A stretch of 64,000 bases of DNA from an uncultured Bacilli bacterium (GTDB lineage Bacteria > Bacillota_I > Bacilli_A > RF39 > UBA660). Both the position numbers and the translations under genes were made by a program. The stretch spans positions 3,139 to 67,138 of the forward strand of contig CALVSK010000001.1 of the NCBI GenBank assembly GCA_944359015.1, read 5' to 3'. Positions 10,777-21,357 of this stretch are shown piece after piece; positions within the stretch are counted from its first letter, which is position 1, and each line of letters begins with the position of its first letter. Under the pieces are notes generated by a model that searched no databases, was not told where the DNA came from, and worked only from the letters and a program-made list of their open reading frames with translations.

Positions 10777-11784
10777 ATGGAAAAAGAATTAGAAATATTA
10801 GTGGAAGAACTAGAAAAAGAATTACAAAATTGCCAAAAAGAAGCTGACTTACTAAATGTAAAGTCAAGTTTTATAGGCAAAAAGAGTAAAATCTCTCAAA
10901 TTTTAGGTAGTTTAAAAGAAATGAGTGTCGAAGACAAACGAAAATATGGTAGCATAATTAATAACACTAAGAAAAAAATGGAAGAAATGATTACTAATTA
11001 TGCTGAAAATTTAGAGAATCAAAACGAAGTTGTATTTGATGATTCAGTTATTTATGATACTCAAATAGGTTCATTGCATCCAGTAACAATTGTTGCTAAA
11101 GAAGTAACAGAATGTATGAAAAAAATGGGATTTACAGTTGTTAGTGGGCCAGAGATGGAAACCGAATACTACAATTTTGAAGCATTAAATATTCCAAAAG
11201 ACCATCCAGCAAGAGATATGCAAGATACATATTATTTAGATAATGGAATGTTATTAAGAACACAAACTAGTGGCAATCAAATCCATGCTATGGAAAAATA
11301 TGGAGCACCATTAAAAGTTTGTTCACCAGGAAGAGTATTTAGAAATGAAGATTTAGATGCTAATCACGAAAATACTTTTTTTCAAGTTGAAGGTATGGTA
11401 ATAGATAAAGATATATCAATAGAAAATTTACTTTATACAATGAAGCAAATATTAACTGAAGTGATGAAATGCGAAGTTAATTTAAGGTTAAGACCTGGTT
11501 TTTTCCCATTTACTGAACCAAGTTATGAAATTGACATGGAATGTACAATATGTAAGGGGAATGGTTGTCCAACATGTAAAAACAGTGGATGGATAGAAAT
11601 AGTACCAGGTGGAATGGTACATCCAAATGTATTAAAAGCTGGAGGCATAAATCCAGAAGAATATAATGGATTTGCGTTTGGATTAGGTTTAACTCGATTA
11701 GCAATGATGAAATACAAAATAAGTGATATAAGAATATTAAATGGTGGAGATATAAGATATTTAAAACAATTTAATATAAAGTAG
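10777..11784 (+). CDS. pheS: phenylalanine--tRNA ligase alpha subunit
   Basis: 335 aa; class II aaRS motifs (FRNEDLDANHENTFFQVEG, GFAFGLGLTRLAM). Confidence 0.95.
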   Translation: MEKELEILVEELEKELQNCQKEADLLNVKSSFIGKKSKISQILGSLKEMSVEDKRKYGSIINNTKKKMEEMITNYAENLENQNEVVFDDSVIYDTQIGSLHPVTIVAKEVTECMKKMGFTVVSGPEMETEYYNFEALNIPKDHPARDMQDTYYLDNGMLLRTQTSGNQIHAMEKYGAPLKVCSPGRVFRNEDLDANHENTFFQVEGMVIDKDISIENLLYTMKQILTEVMKCEVNLRLRPGFFPFTEPSYEIDMECTICKGNGCPTCKNSGWIEIVPGGMVHPNVLKAGGINPEEYNGFAFGLGLTRLAMMKYKISDIRILNGGDIRYLKQFNIK

Positions 11785-11793
11785 GAGGATAAA

Positions 11794-14127
11794 ATGTTAA
11801 TATCATGTAATAAATTAAAAAAATATATAGATAAAAGCGAAGAAATAGATTGGTTAAATATATGGAAAACATTTACTATAAGAACAGCAGAAGTAGAAGA
11901 AGTAAAAGAAGTTGGTAAACAAATCGACAACGTAGTAATAGCTAAAATCATTAAATGTGAAAAGCATCCAGACAGTGACCACATGCACATATTAGAAGTT
12001 GAATGTGGTGAAGCAAATCCAGTACAAGTAGTATGTGGAGCACCAAATGTACGTGTAGGTTTAAAAACCGCATTCATTAAAGTAGGTGGACATATTGATG
12101 GTGTAGAAATAAAATCACGACCATTAAGGGGAATAATGTCTAATGGAATGTGTTGCAGCAAAAAGGAATTAGGAATAAGTGATGAGCATGATGGGATAAT
12201 CGAGTTACCAGAAGATGCCCCAGTAGGTATGAATATAAAAAAATATTTGCCAATCGAAGATATTATAGTTGAAATAGATAATAAATCATTAACTAACAGA
12301 CCTGATTTATGGGGACATTATGGAATAGCAAGAGAAATTTCCGCAATAACAGAACACGAGTTAAAGTCTTTAGAATTATTTAATATAAAAAATGATGAAA
12401 AGCTAGAAACATTAAAAATAAAAATAAACAATCCAGAATTATGTTATAGGTATACAGGATTAAAAATTGAAAATATTAAAAATAATAAAACACCATTAGA
12501 AATGCAAATATTTTTATATTATGTGGGAATGCGGTCAATTTCATTAATAGTAGATTTAACAAATTATATCATGTTAGAACTTGGGCAACCTATGCATGCC
12601 TTTGATGGCAGAATAGTTAAAGAAATAGAAGTAGGACTTGCTAATGATAAAGATACATTTAAAACTTTAGATAATGTAGAAAGAAATTTAACAAAGGATA
12701 TGTTAATGATAAAAAATGGCAAGGAATATTTCGGAATAGCAGGAGTAATGGGTGGATTAGATAGTGAAATACTTAAAGACACAACGAGTGTATTTTTAGA
12801 AAGCGCTACTTTTAATGCTGGAAGTATTAGAAAAACAGCAGTAGCATTAGGGTTACGTACAGAAGCAAGTGCTAGATATGAAAAATCATTAGATCCGAAT
12901 ATGACTAAAACAGCAATAGAAAGATTAATTTATTTATTACAAAAAGAAAATAAGGAATTAAAAATATCTTCACAATTAACTGATGTATATCCAAATAAAT
13001 TAGATGAAACCATTATAAAATTACATAAAAAAGTATTAAATAGATATATGGGTAAAATAATGGAAGATTCTACAGTAAAAAACATTTTAGAAAAATTAGG
13101 ATTTGCAGTTGAAATTGAAGAAGAATATTTTAATGTAACCGTTCCAACATATAGAGCAACAAAAGACATAAAAATTGAACAAGATTTAATTGAGGAAATC
13201 GCAAGAATATATGGTTTAGAAAATTTTACTCCAAAGCCATTAAAGTTAGATTTAACTGTTAAAGAGCATGAAACAATTTATAATCAAGAATATGAAGTAA
13301 AAGAATTATTAGCAACAAAATATGATTTAAATGAAGTTAACAGTTATATTTGGTATGATACAAACTTATTAAAAAGATTAGAAATTGAAAAAAAGGGAGT
13401 AAAACTATTAGGTAAAACAGAAAATAATATATTGCGAGATGATTTAAGTTTTTCGTTATTAAACATAGCTGAAAATAATTTTAAAAACTATAATAAATTT
13501 GGAATATTTGAAATAGGAACAATTATAAATAATAATAGTAATAAAAGAGTTCTTAGTATAATTCTAGCAGATGAAGAAAAAAATATTGAAAAAACTTATA
13601 ATAAAGCAAAAGAAATTTGTACATATATATTTAAAGTATTAAAAAATGAAAATATAATATTTAAAAATCATATAAATGAAAAAGAATATAATAATTCTAA
13701 ATTAGGGAAGATAATATTTATAGACAATAATAAAGTTGGAGAAATTAATGTAATAAATAAAAAAATAACTAACAAACTAGCTAAGAAAAAAGTAATTGTA
13801 TGTATAGACATAGATTTTGATAAATATGTTGAGATTGAAAAAAAGGAAAAAATTTCAGAAGAAATTAGCAAATATCCAATGGTAGAATTAGATTATACAA
13901 TAATAATGCCTAAAGAATTAAAATATGAGGATTTAGATGAAATATTAAAAAATTATAAAAGCAAATTAATAAAAAAATATTATTTAATTGGAAAATATGA
14001 AAACAAATATACTATTAGATATTTAATAGGAAGTGATATAAAAACACTAGAACAAAAAGAATTACAAACATTTAAAGAAAGATTTATTCAACATATAAAA
14101 GATAACAATTTATTAATAATAGAATAA
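11794..14127 (+). CDS. pheT: phenylalanine--tRNA ligase beta subunit
   Basis: 777 aa immediately downstream of pheS; tRNA-binding domain, B3/B4, B5 and FDX-ACB-like regions recognisable. Confidence 0.95.
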   Translation: MLISCNKLKKYIDKSEEIDWLNIWKTFTIRTAEVEEVKEVGKQIDNVVIAKIIKCEKHPDSDHMHILEVECGEANPVQVVCGAPNVRVGLKTAFIKVGGHIDGVEIKSRPLRGIMSNGMCCSKKELGISDEHDGIIELPEDAPVGMNIKKYLPIEDIIVEIDNKSLTNRPDLWGHYGIAREISAITEHELKSLELFNIKNDEKLETLKIKINNPELCYRYTGLKIENIKNNKTPLEMQIFLYYVGMRSISLIVDLTNYIMLELGQPMHAFDGRIVKEIEVGLANDKDTFKTLDNVERNLTKDMLMIKNGKEYFGIAGVMGGLDSEILKDTTSVFLESATFNAGSIRKTAVALGLRTEASARYEKSLDPNMTKTAIERLIYLLQKENKELKISSQLTDVYPNKLDETIIKLHKKVLNRYMGKIMEDSTVKNILEKLGFAVEIEEEYFNVTVPTYRATKDIKIEQDLIEEIARIYGLENFTPKPLKLDLTVKEHETIYNQEYEVKELLATKYDLNEVNSYIWYDTNLLKRLEIEKKGVKLLGKTENNILRDDLSFSLLNIAENNFKNYNKFGIFEIGTIINNNSNKRVLSIILADEEKNIEKTYNKAKEICTYIFKVLKNENIIFKNHINEKEYNNSKLGKIIFIDNNKVGEINVINKKITNKLAKKKVIVCIDIDFDKYVEIEKKEKISEEISKYPMVELDYTIIMPKELKYEDLDEILKNYKSKLIKKYYLIGKYENKYTIRYLIGSDIKTLEQKELQTFKERFIQHIKDNNLLIIE

Positions 14128-14129
14128 AG

Positions 14130-14483
14130 ATGACAAATGATGAGTTTAAAATTATCTTAGAAAAGTTAGGAATAGGAAATCCACACTTTTTTGAATTTAT
14201 AAATGGTAAAGTAAAAAGATATCCTTTAAAAGATTTTGGATGGGGGTGTTTTCCTATATTAAATGCTAAAGACGAAATAGTTGACATTAGAATATTAGTA
14301 CCAGATTTTTTAGATGAAAATTGTATAAAAATCAATGTCCATGAATATACTCATGCGTTTGAACTGTACAATGAATTAGGAAAAGTATATGTTGAAGATA
14401 GAGATGCTCGTGAAATTAGAGCCAAGAAAAAAGAAGAAGAGTATCAAAGGATGAGAACTAAAAATCAGAATAAATATTTTTAG
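14130..14483 (+). CDS. hypothetical small protein with HExxH motif (putative zinc metallopeptidase-like)
   Basis: 117 aa; VHEYTHAFELY contains HExxH; coupled to pheT stop. Confidence 0.4.
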   Translation: MTNDEFKIILEKLGIGNPHFFEFINGKVKRYPLKDFGWGCFPILNAKDEIVDIRILVPDFLDENCIKINVHEYTHAFELYNELGKVYVEDRDAREIRAKKKEEEYQRMRTKNQNKYF

Positions 14484-14532
14484 CACGGAGTTTAATTGAC
14501 AAAAGTCCAAAATTAATACATAATAAACTTTA

Positions 14533-15345
14533 ATGGTGATAAAAATGAAACAAGAAGAAGTAGAAAGAAGTATAATTAAAACATATAGAAAAGATATATG
14601 GAGAAATTTTACAAAGGCAATAACAGAATATGATTTAATCAAGGAAAATGATAAAATAGCAGTATGTATAAGTGGAGGAAAAGATTCATTTTTACTAGCC
14701 AAATGTATGCAAGAAATAAAAAAACATAGAAGAATAAATTTTGAATTAGAGTTTATAGTAATGGACCCAGGATATGATAAAAGTTCTATAAAAAAAATAG
14801 AAAAAAATGCAAAGCTTATCGGAGTTCCAATAAAAATATATCACAGTAAAATTTTTGAATCACTTACTAGTATGAAGCCGAAGTCTCCGTGTTACATGTG
14901 TGCTCGAATGAGAAGGGGGCATTTATATAATTATGCCAAAGAATTGGGATGTAATAAAATTGCATTAGGGCATCATTTCAATGATGTAATAGAAACAATT
15001 TTAATGGGTATATTATATAATGGAGAAATAGTATCGATGTTGCCTAAAATAAAAAGCAAAAATTTTTTAGGTTTAGAGTTAATAAGACCATTATATTTAG
15101 TTAGAGAATCAGCAATAATCAATTGGACAAAATATAACGAATTAGAATTTATCAATTGTTCTTGTCCGTTAAAAAAAGAAGACTCTAAAAGATATGAGAT
15201 AAAAATGTTAATCAAAAAATTAAAAGAAAACAACAAATTTGTAGAATATAATTTATTTAAAAGTGTTGAAAACATAAACATAAACCAAGTTATGGGATAT
15301 ATAAAAGACAATAAGCGTTATAATTATTATGACAACTATAAATAA
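14533..15345 (+). CDS. ttcA: tRNA 2-thiocytidine(32) synthetase TtcA-like PP-loop ATPase
   Basis: PP-loop SGGKDS, CxxC..C cluster (CYMCARM..GC), TtcA-family layout. Confidence 0.7.
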   Translation: MVIKMKQEEVERSIIKTYRKDIWRNFTKAITEYDLIKENDKIAVCISGGKDSFLLAKCMQEIKKHRRINFELEFIVMDPGYDKSSIKKIEKNAKLIGVPIKIYHSKIFESLTSMKPKSPCYMCARMRRGHLYNYAKELGCNKIALGHHFNDVIETILMGILYNGEIVSMLPKIKSKNFLGLELIRPLYLVRESAIINWTKYNELEFINCSCPLKKEDSKRYEIKMLIKKLKENNKFVEYNLFKSVENININQVMGYIKDNKRYNYYDNYK

Positions 15346-15564
15346 AAATCACAAAATAATTATCTTGTGATTTTTTTGTTAGAGCAAATAAATACTTATT
15401 AAAAAAAGAGTAGTTAATTATTAGAATAATAAAATATTTTTTTAATATTTAATAAGAATAATGACATAGTTCGGCAAAATAAATAAAAATAATATCTTTT
15501 CAATCTAAAAAAAAAGTGATATAATAGAAACATAAGTTACCATAGATAAAAGGAGGTAATAAAT

Positions 15565-16125
15565 ATGCCAGCAGTTATCGACATGACAAAAGAACACATA
15601 GTAAAAGTAGCAGTAAAAATGGTTAATGACGAAGGTTGGGATAGTGTTAATGCTAGAAGTTTAGCAAAATCATTGAAGATATCTACTAAACCGTTATATC
15701 GCATTTATAAAAATATGGATGAAATAAAAAGTGATATTTACAAAGAAATATCTAAACAATATGATGATTTTTTGACTAGTAGAATAGATAATAAAAAAGC
15801 ATTAATTACATTATGTATAGCATACGTTGAATTTGCTCAAGAATACAAAAATTTATTTATTAGTTTATTTTTAAGCAACAATTTAAAATGGAAAAGTATA
15901 GAAAATGTATTAGATGAAAAATGGAATCAATCTACTATTATTAATTTAGTAAATAAGCATGGCTTCAGTTTTGAAGAAGCAAAGACATTATTCATGAATA
16001 TGTGGTTATATGCTAATGGATTAGCAACATTAATTGCAACAAATGAAATAAAAATTGATGAAGAGGAAATATTAATAAAAATAGTAAAAACATATAAAAT
16101 GCTTACAAGAGGTAAAAATGAATAG
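15565..16125 (+). CDS. TetR/AcrR family transcriptional regulator
   Basis: 186 aa; N-terminal HTH (VNARSLAKSLKISTKPLYRIYKN), all-alpha C-terminal domain. Confidence 0.6.
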   Translation: MPAVIDMTKEHIVKVAVKMVNDEGWDSVNARSLAKSLKISTKPLYRIYKNMDEIKSDIYKEISKQYDDFLTSRIDNKKALITLCIAYVEFAQEYKNLFISLFLSNNLKWKSIENVLDEKWNQSTIINLVNKHGFSFEEAKTLFMNMWLYANGLATLIATNEIKIDEEEILIKIVKTYKMLTRGKNE

Positions 16126-17338
16126 AGTAGAAGTAAAAGAAGACAATGTATGTTTAAAAAGAATTGAAGAAAAATGTATAAATTGTGGAATGTGTTTAAC
16201 AACATGCAAACAAAATAACGATTTTGAAAATGACTGTATCAATTGTGGTCAATGTATAATGACTTGTCCATCTGGGGCTTTAGTACCAAAATATGATTAT
16301 CAAAAAGTAATTAACTATATAAAAGATACAAATTATACTGTGGTAGTTTTTGTTGCACCTGCAGTAAGGGTTGCAATAGGTGATGCATTTGGTTTTGAAC
16401 CAGGTTCATTTTTGGAAGGAAAACTAGTAAGTGCCTTAAAGAAAATAGGATTTGACTATGTATTTGACACAACATTTGGGGCAGATTTGACCATAATGGA
16501 AGAAGCAAATGAACTAATAGATAGAAAGTTATCAAATAATACGCCAATGTTTACTAGTTGTTGTCCATCGTGGGTTTTATATGCTAACAAATATCATCCA
16601 GAAATAATAAAAAATATTAGCACCTGTAAAAGTCCAATCGCTATGCAAGGAGCAATGATTAAAAGTTATTTTGCAGATATGTATAATATAAAAAAGGAAC
16701 AAATAAAAGCTATATCGCTAACTCCGTGCATATCTAAAAAATATGAAAGAACACTGTATCCTGAAACAGACATAGTTATAACAACAAGTGAACTAATATT
16801 AATGATAAAAGAATTAGGTATTAACTTTAATGATTTAGAAGATAGTGAATTTGATAGACTGTTAGGTAAAGGAAGTGGCGGAGGACTTATCTTTGGAGTT
16901 TCTGGTGGAGTAATGGAATCCGTGTTAAGAACAGCATATTACATGGTTAATAAGGAAAAAGCTCCTGAAGAGTTTTATGAATTTACAAATATTAGGGGAG
17001 AAAAAGATTTTAAAGAAGCTGAAGTTAATTTTATGAAATTTAAAATAAAAATAGCAGTAATAAGTAAAGTATCAACAATAAAAAAATATTTTGAAAAGTT
17101 GAAAGAATACGATTTTATAGAAGTTATGAGTTGTCCAGGTGGTTGTATAGGTGGCGGAGGTCAACCGTTAAATGCCATCAAAAGTATGGAAGAAATAAGA
17201 AAGTCACGAATAGATAATATGTATCAGAACGATAGAGAACAAAAAATTAGAGAAAGTTATAAAAATCCTGAAATTCAAGATGCCTATGATAGTTATATAA
17301 ATAAAAAAGGGGTTAATTTGCATACTAATAATAAGTAA
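16118..17338 (+). CDS. [FeFe]-hydrogenase, short monomeric type (2x[4Fe-4S] ferredoxin domain + H-cluster domain)
   Basis: CINCGMC..C and CINCGQC..CP ferredoxin motifs; H-cluster motifs FTSCCPSW (L1), TPCISKKYE (L2), MSCPGGCIGGGGQP (L3). Confidence 0.75.
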   Translation: MNRVEVKEDNVCLKRIEEKCINCGMCLTTCKQNNDFENDCINCGQCIMTCPSGALVPKYDYQKVINYIKDTNYTVVVFVAPAVRVAIGDAFGFEPGSFLEGKLVSALKKIGFDYVFDTTFGADLTIMEEANELIDRKLSNNTPMFTSCCPSWVLYANKYHPEIIKNISTCKSPIAMQGAMIKSYFADMYNIKKEQIKAISLTPCISKKYERTLYPETDIVITTSELILMIKELGINFNDLEDSEFDRLLGKGSGGGLIFGVSGGVMESVLRTAYYMVNKEKAPEEFYEFTNIRGEKDFKEAEVNFMKFKIKIAVISKVSTIKKYFEKLKEYDFIEVMSCPGGCIGGGGQPLNAIKSMEEIRKSRIDNMYQNDREQKIRESYKNPEIQDAYDSYINKKGVNLHTNNK

Positions 17339-17455
17339 AAAATTATAAAAATATAAAAAATTATTAACAAAACTAAATAGGGTTAATAGTTTTTTTATTG
17401 ATAAAACTTTACAAAATATAACAAAAAAAGTATAATTGTTTTTAAAGGAGGAGAG

Positions 17456-18058
17456 ATGAAAAAAATATTAGTTGCATTATTAGTGGCTGTAAGTTCATTA
17501 ATGATGATAAGTGTTAAAGCCGAAGTAGAATTACCACCGATTACAGACCATGAAAAAGTAACAGTATATCTATTTTGGAGTAATAGTTGTCCACATTGTC
17601 ACGATTTTTTAGAATACTTTGGAGAAAATTATTATAAATATCAAGATTATTTTGTAATTGAAACTTATGAAGCAAGCAAAGGCGAAAATTACGATTTACT
17701 ACTAGATGCTAAAGAATATTTTGGTCAAGAACTAGATGGAAGCATTCCATTTATAGTAATAGGCAGTACTTATTATAAATTAGGATTCGGAACAGACGGA
17801 ACTGAGATAATTGAAGAAGCATTACTAGCGTATCAAGATGAAAGTTATGAAGACATAATAAAAAAATTCATTGAAGATAATGATTACGAAACAGAAATGA
17901 AAAGTTTAAAAAATGCAGTAGAAGACACTGGATATAAATATATAGGCTCAGAAGAAGATTTACAAAATGATGGTTTAAGTGATGGTGTAATTGTGGCAAT
18001 AATATTTGGGGTAATAATTTTAGGTTTTAGTGCATTAGTGGTATTTTCAAGAAAATAA
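17456..18058 (+). CDS. thioredoxin-fold thiol-disulfide oxidoreductase-like protein, signal peptide plus C-terminal TM anchor
   Basis: N-terminal signal peptide, WSNSCPHCHDF CxxC active-site motif, C-terminal hydrophobic helix. Confidence 0.6.
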   Translation: MKKILVALLVAVSSLMMISVKAEVELPPITDHEKVTVYLFWSNSCPHCHDFLEYFGENYYKYQDYFVIETYEASKGENYDLLLDAKEYFGQELDGSIPFIVIGSTYYKLGFGTDGTEIIEEALLAYQDESYEDIIKKFIEDNDYETEMKSLKNAVEDTGYKYIGSEEDLQNDGLSDGVIVAIIFGVIILGFSALVVFSRK

Positions 18059-18093
18059 AAAAAATCATTCAATTTTACTGAATGATTTTTTTA

Positions 18094-19125
18094 TTACGAT
18101 AAATTATATTTATTTATAGAATAAATTCTTGAGCCATCAGATTTAATATAATAACTAGCAACAACTTCAGATGAATCATTATCGTAATCAAATGAAAGTT
18201 CAATATGTACAGTATAACCAACAATGCCTTTGCCATCAGTATTAATAATTGGTTTAATAGATTGTTTTACGTTTCTTTCAACACTTTCATCGGTATTTAA
18301 CTTATCGATTTCTTTTTTTAGTTTTTCAATATCAGCCTTTGCTAAATTATATGCTGGGGCAGATATAGTTTCATCATAATATAAATTTAAATCTAGAGCA
18401 CAACTATTTTCAGTGACATCAACACCTAGAATATATTTTTCTTGATCATAATCATTATTTCCGAAACTACAATAAGTAGGCTTTTCATTGTCTCCAGATG
18501 GACTACCAATAGTTAATGTAGCAGAAAGCGGGGTAGTAACATTTCCAGATGAATCTTTAGCGATGATTTGAATAGTATAAGTACCTTCGTTTTTATAAGA
18601 ACTATAATCAATGGAAGACCCATCCTGAGATTTACCTTCTGAGTAAAATTCAACAATACAATCTTCGTTACTATTATCTTGGCAACTTTCAACAAAGTCG
18701 TCAGCAGAATAACTATCATTTTCATCAATAGAAATATTTTTAACTATTAATTCAGGGCTTTTAGTATCAACAACAGATAGCTTAGAGGTATAAGTTTCAT
18801 CATATAAATCAATACTAACAGCATATTCCCCAACTTTGGATAAATTGACATCATCATAATAAATATTTATATCGCTTTCTTTTACATTTTGTAATTCTGA
18901 AAAGAACAAGATTTTATCAGGATAATCTGAGTTTATTTCAATGGTAACAACATCTCTAATTTTGACTACAGCATTTTCTTTTGGTTCAGAAGTCTCTTTG
19001 TTAGAAAAAGCAACAAATAAAATGACTATAAAAAATATTGCAAAAATAATCGCTCCAACGATTAAGTAAGCCTTAAAGTTATTGTTAGCACCTTTAACTC
19101 GTTGATTAAAAAATTTGCCGGCCAT
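18094..19125 (-). CDS. hypothetical membrane-anchored extracellular protein
   Basis: 343 aa; N-terminal TM (AYLIVGAIIFAIFFIVILFVAF), beta-rich repeats. Confidence 0.4.
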   Translation of the reverse strand: MAGKFFNQRVKGANNNFKAYLIVGAIIFAIFFIVILFVAFSNKETSEPKENAVVKIRDVVTIEINSDYPDKILFFSELQNVKESDINIYYDDVNLSKVGEYAVSIDLYDETYTSKLSVVDTKSPELIVKNISIDENDSYSADDFVESCQDNSNEDCIVEFYSEGKSQDGSSIDYSSYKNEGTYTIQIIAKDSSGNVTTPLSATLTIGSPSGDNEKPTYCSFGNNDYDQEKYILGVDVTENSCALDLNLYYDETISAPAYNLAKADIEKLKKEIDKLNTDESVERNVKQSIKPIINTDGKGIVGYTVHIELSFDYDNDSSEVVASYYIKSDGSRIYSINKYNLS

Positions 19126-19236
19126 ATTCCCTCCTTTTTAAATATTAATATATATCTTAATATTATCATAAGTTTTATTTAAATCCAAGTAATAAAATGT
19201 AATGAAATAAAATATAATTAAAAATATCTAAAAAGG

Positions 19237-19265
19237 TTGTAAAAAAATGTAAAATATGATATTAT
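19237..19265 (+). promoter_or_regulatory. candidate promoter for rplK-rplA (TTGTAA-17-TATTAT) followed by structured leader
   Basis: -35/-10-like hexamers with 17-nt spacing; leader 19272-19360 contains GC-rich hairpin (GGGATAATTGCGGACTTGCCC). Confidence 0.35.
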
Positions 19266-19370
19266 CATAAATGCAAATTTATATTTTTATATAATTTTGT
19301 TAAGTGGAAGGGATAATTGCGGACTTGCCCATAACCACTTACGCGAAAAAATTTTATAGGAGGTGTTTTC

Positions 19371-19970
19371 GTGGCTAAAGAAGTCGTAAAGAAAATCAAA
19401 TTACAAATTGAAGCTGGAAAAGCTACACCTGCACCACCAGTTGGAACTGTATTAGGACCAGCAGGAATTAACTTAGGAGAATTTTGTACAAAATTCAATG
19501 AAGCAACACGTGATAAAATGGGTGATGTAATCCCATGTGAAATCACAATATACGATGATAGAAGTTTTGAATTTGTACTAAAAACAGCTCCAGCAGCATT
19601 TTTATTAAAAAAAGTAGCTAAAGTTAATAAAGGAAGCAAAAAAGGTGCAAATGAAATAGTGGCAACTATTACTCAAAAAGAATTAAGAGAAATAGCGGAA
19701 ACTAAAATGCCAGATTTAAATGCATATGATGTAGAATCAGCAATGAAACAAATAGCAGGAACTGCAAGAAATATGGGAATAGCTGTAAAAGGTGTTAACG
19801 ATGCTGAGTTAGCAGAACAAGCAGCAGAAGCAAAAGCTGAAGAAATAGAACAAGCAAAAAGAGATGCAGAACTTGCTGAATTAGAAGCTGAAGCAAAAGA
19901 AATGGCTGAAGCACAAAATGTTGAAGTACCAGTACATGGTGAAGAAGACGAAACAGAAACTGAAGAATAA
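19371..19970 (+). CDS. rplK: 50S ribosomal protein L11 with ~58-aa Ala/Glu-rich C-terminal extension
   Basis: GTG start after AGGAGG; first ~141 aa canonical L11 ([13 protein letters not shown].., MPDLNA..), then [23 protein letters not shown] tail. Confidence 0.9.
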   Translation: MAKEVVKKIKLQIEAGKATPAPPVGTVLGPAGINLGEFCTKFNEATRDKMGDVIPCEITIYDDRSFEFVLKTAPAAFLLKKVAKVNKGSKKGANEIVATITQKELREIAETKMPDLNAYDVESAMKQIAGTARNMGIAVKGVNDAELAEQAAEAKAEEIEQAKRDAELAELEAEAKEMAEAQNVEVPVHGEEDETETEE

Positions 19971-20018
19971 TAAAATAAAAATGTCCGCTTAATTAACCAC
20001 AGTTAAGGAGGTAAAAAA

Positions 20019-20717
20019 TTGAAAAAACACGGTAAAAAATATGTGGAAGCATCAAAAAATATTGAAAAAGATAAACTATATAGTTTAGAAGATGCAATAA
20101 AATTAGTAAAAGAAACATCAATTACAAAGTTTGATAGTTCAATAGATGTAGCTATTAAATTAAATATTGATTCTAAAAAATCTGACCAACAAATGAAAGG
20201 TTCTTTATCATTACCAAATGGTTCTGGTAAGACTAAAAAGGTTTTAGTAATAGCTAAAGGAGCTTTTGCGGAAGAAGCAAAAAATGCTGGAGCTGATTAC
20301 GTTGGTGAAAAAGACATGCTAGACAAAATAAAAAACGAAGGTTGGTTTGATTTTGATACTATTGTTGCTACTCCAGATATGATGCCAGAAGTTGGAAAAA
20401 TTGGTAATATACTTGGACCAAGAAATTTAATGCCAAATCCTAAAACAGGAACAGTAACAACAAAAGTTGCTGCAATTGTTGAAGATATTAAAAAAGGTAT
20501 GGTAACATACAAGAATGACAAATTTGGTAATATTCACACTGTAATTGGAAAAGTATCATTTGCTGAAGATAAGTTAATAGAAAACTTAAAATATGTTATT
20601 ACAACAATATCTAAAGCAAAACCTAATACAGTAAAGGGTAACTTTATTGAAAACATTACAATTTCAACAACAATGGGCCCTGGGATTAAAATAGACAAAA
20701 ATAGTTTTGACATTTAG
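20019..20717 (+). CDS. rplA: 50S ribosomal protein L1
   Basis: TTG start after AAGGAGG; canonical L1 sequence. Confidence 0.95.
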   Translation: MKKHGKKYVEASKNIEKDKLYSLEDAIKLVKETSITKFDSSIDVAIKLNIDSKKSDQQMKGSLSLPNGSGKTKKVLVIAKGAFAEEAKNAGADYVGEKDMLDKIKNEGWFDFDTIVATPDMMPEVGKIGNILGPRNLMPNPKTGTVTTKVAAIVEDIKKGMVTYKNDKFGNIHTVIGKVSFAEDKLIENLKYVITTISKAKPNTVKGNFIENITISTTMGPGIKIDKNSFDI

Positions 20718-20724
20718 CATTAAA

Positions 20725-20850
20725 TATATTATAATACACGTTAGAAAAAGCAAACCGAAGACAGTAGGCACAAAGTAAGTCCTACCGAGGGGAAACTTAA
20801 AACAAAAATTTAAGGCATCCCTACGGATGCTTTTCTAATATAAAAAAGGA
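20725..20850 (+). promoter_or_regulatory. ribosomal protein L10 leader-like structured 5'UTR
   Basis: GC-enriched structured region (GGCATCCCTACGGATGCTTTTC hairpin) at the canonical rplJ autoregulatory leader position. Confidence 0.4.
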
Positions 20851-20856
20851 GGAAAA

Positions 20857-21354
20857 ATGGCAAGCACAAAAATTCTTGAAAAAAAGAAGGAAGTTGTTAA
20901 CGAAATAGTTAACAAACTTAAAAATAGTGAATCTGTTATTATATTCCAATATCAAGGATTAACTGTAGAAGACTTAAGTAATTTAAGAAAAGAGTTAAAA
21001 AAAGTTGATTCTGAAGTAAAAGTATATAAAAACACTTTACTAAAAAGAGCTGCTGATGAACTAAAAATCAATTTAGATGAATTTTTAGAAGGTCCAAATG
21101 CTATATTATTTGGTAAAACTTTATTAGAACCAATTAAAATAGTATCAGACTTTGCTAAAAAAATGGATAAATTAGACATAAGAGTTGGAATTATCAGTGG
21201 CGATGTAGCAGATGTATCTGTTATAAAAGAATACGCAAACATTCCATCAAGAGAAGGATTGTTAACAATGCTGGCTGGTGGTATGATGCAATATGTTAAA
21301 GATTTAGCTATAAGTTTAAATTTATATGCTGAACAAAAGGAAGGGAAGGAATAA
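20857..21354 (+). CDS. rplJ: 50S ribosomal protein L10
   Basis: 165 aa, canonical L10. Confidence 0.95.
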   Translation: MASTKILEKKKEVVNEIVNKLKNSESVIIFQYQGLTVEDLSNLRKELKKVDSEVKVYKNTLLKRAADELKINLDEFLEGPNAILFGKTLLEPIKIVSDFAKKMDKLDIRVGIISGDVADVSVIKEYANIPSREGLLTMLAGGMMQYVKDLAISLNLYAEQKEGKE

Positions 21355-21357
21355 ATT

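Noticed and set aside
11523-12161. 212-aa minus-strand ORF overlapping the pheS/pheT junction
   Set aside because: Antisense to highly conserved aaRS genes. No start context.
14376-14702. 108-aa minus-strand ORF overlapping 14130 gene and ttcA start
   Set aside because: Hydrophobic low-complexity antisense frame. The sense-strand genes have RBS and conserved motifs.
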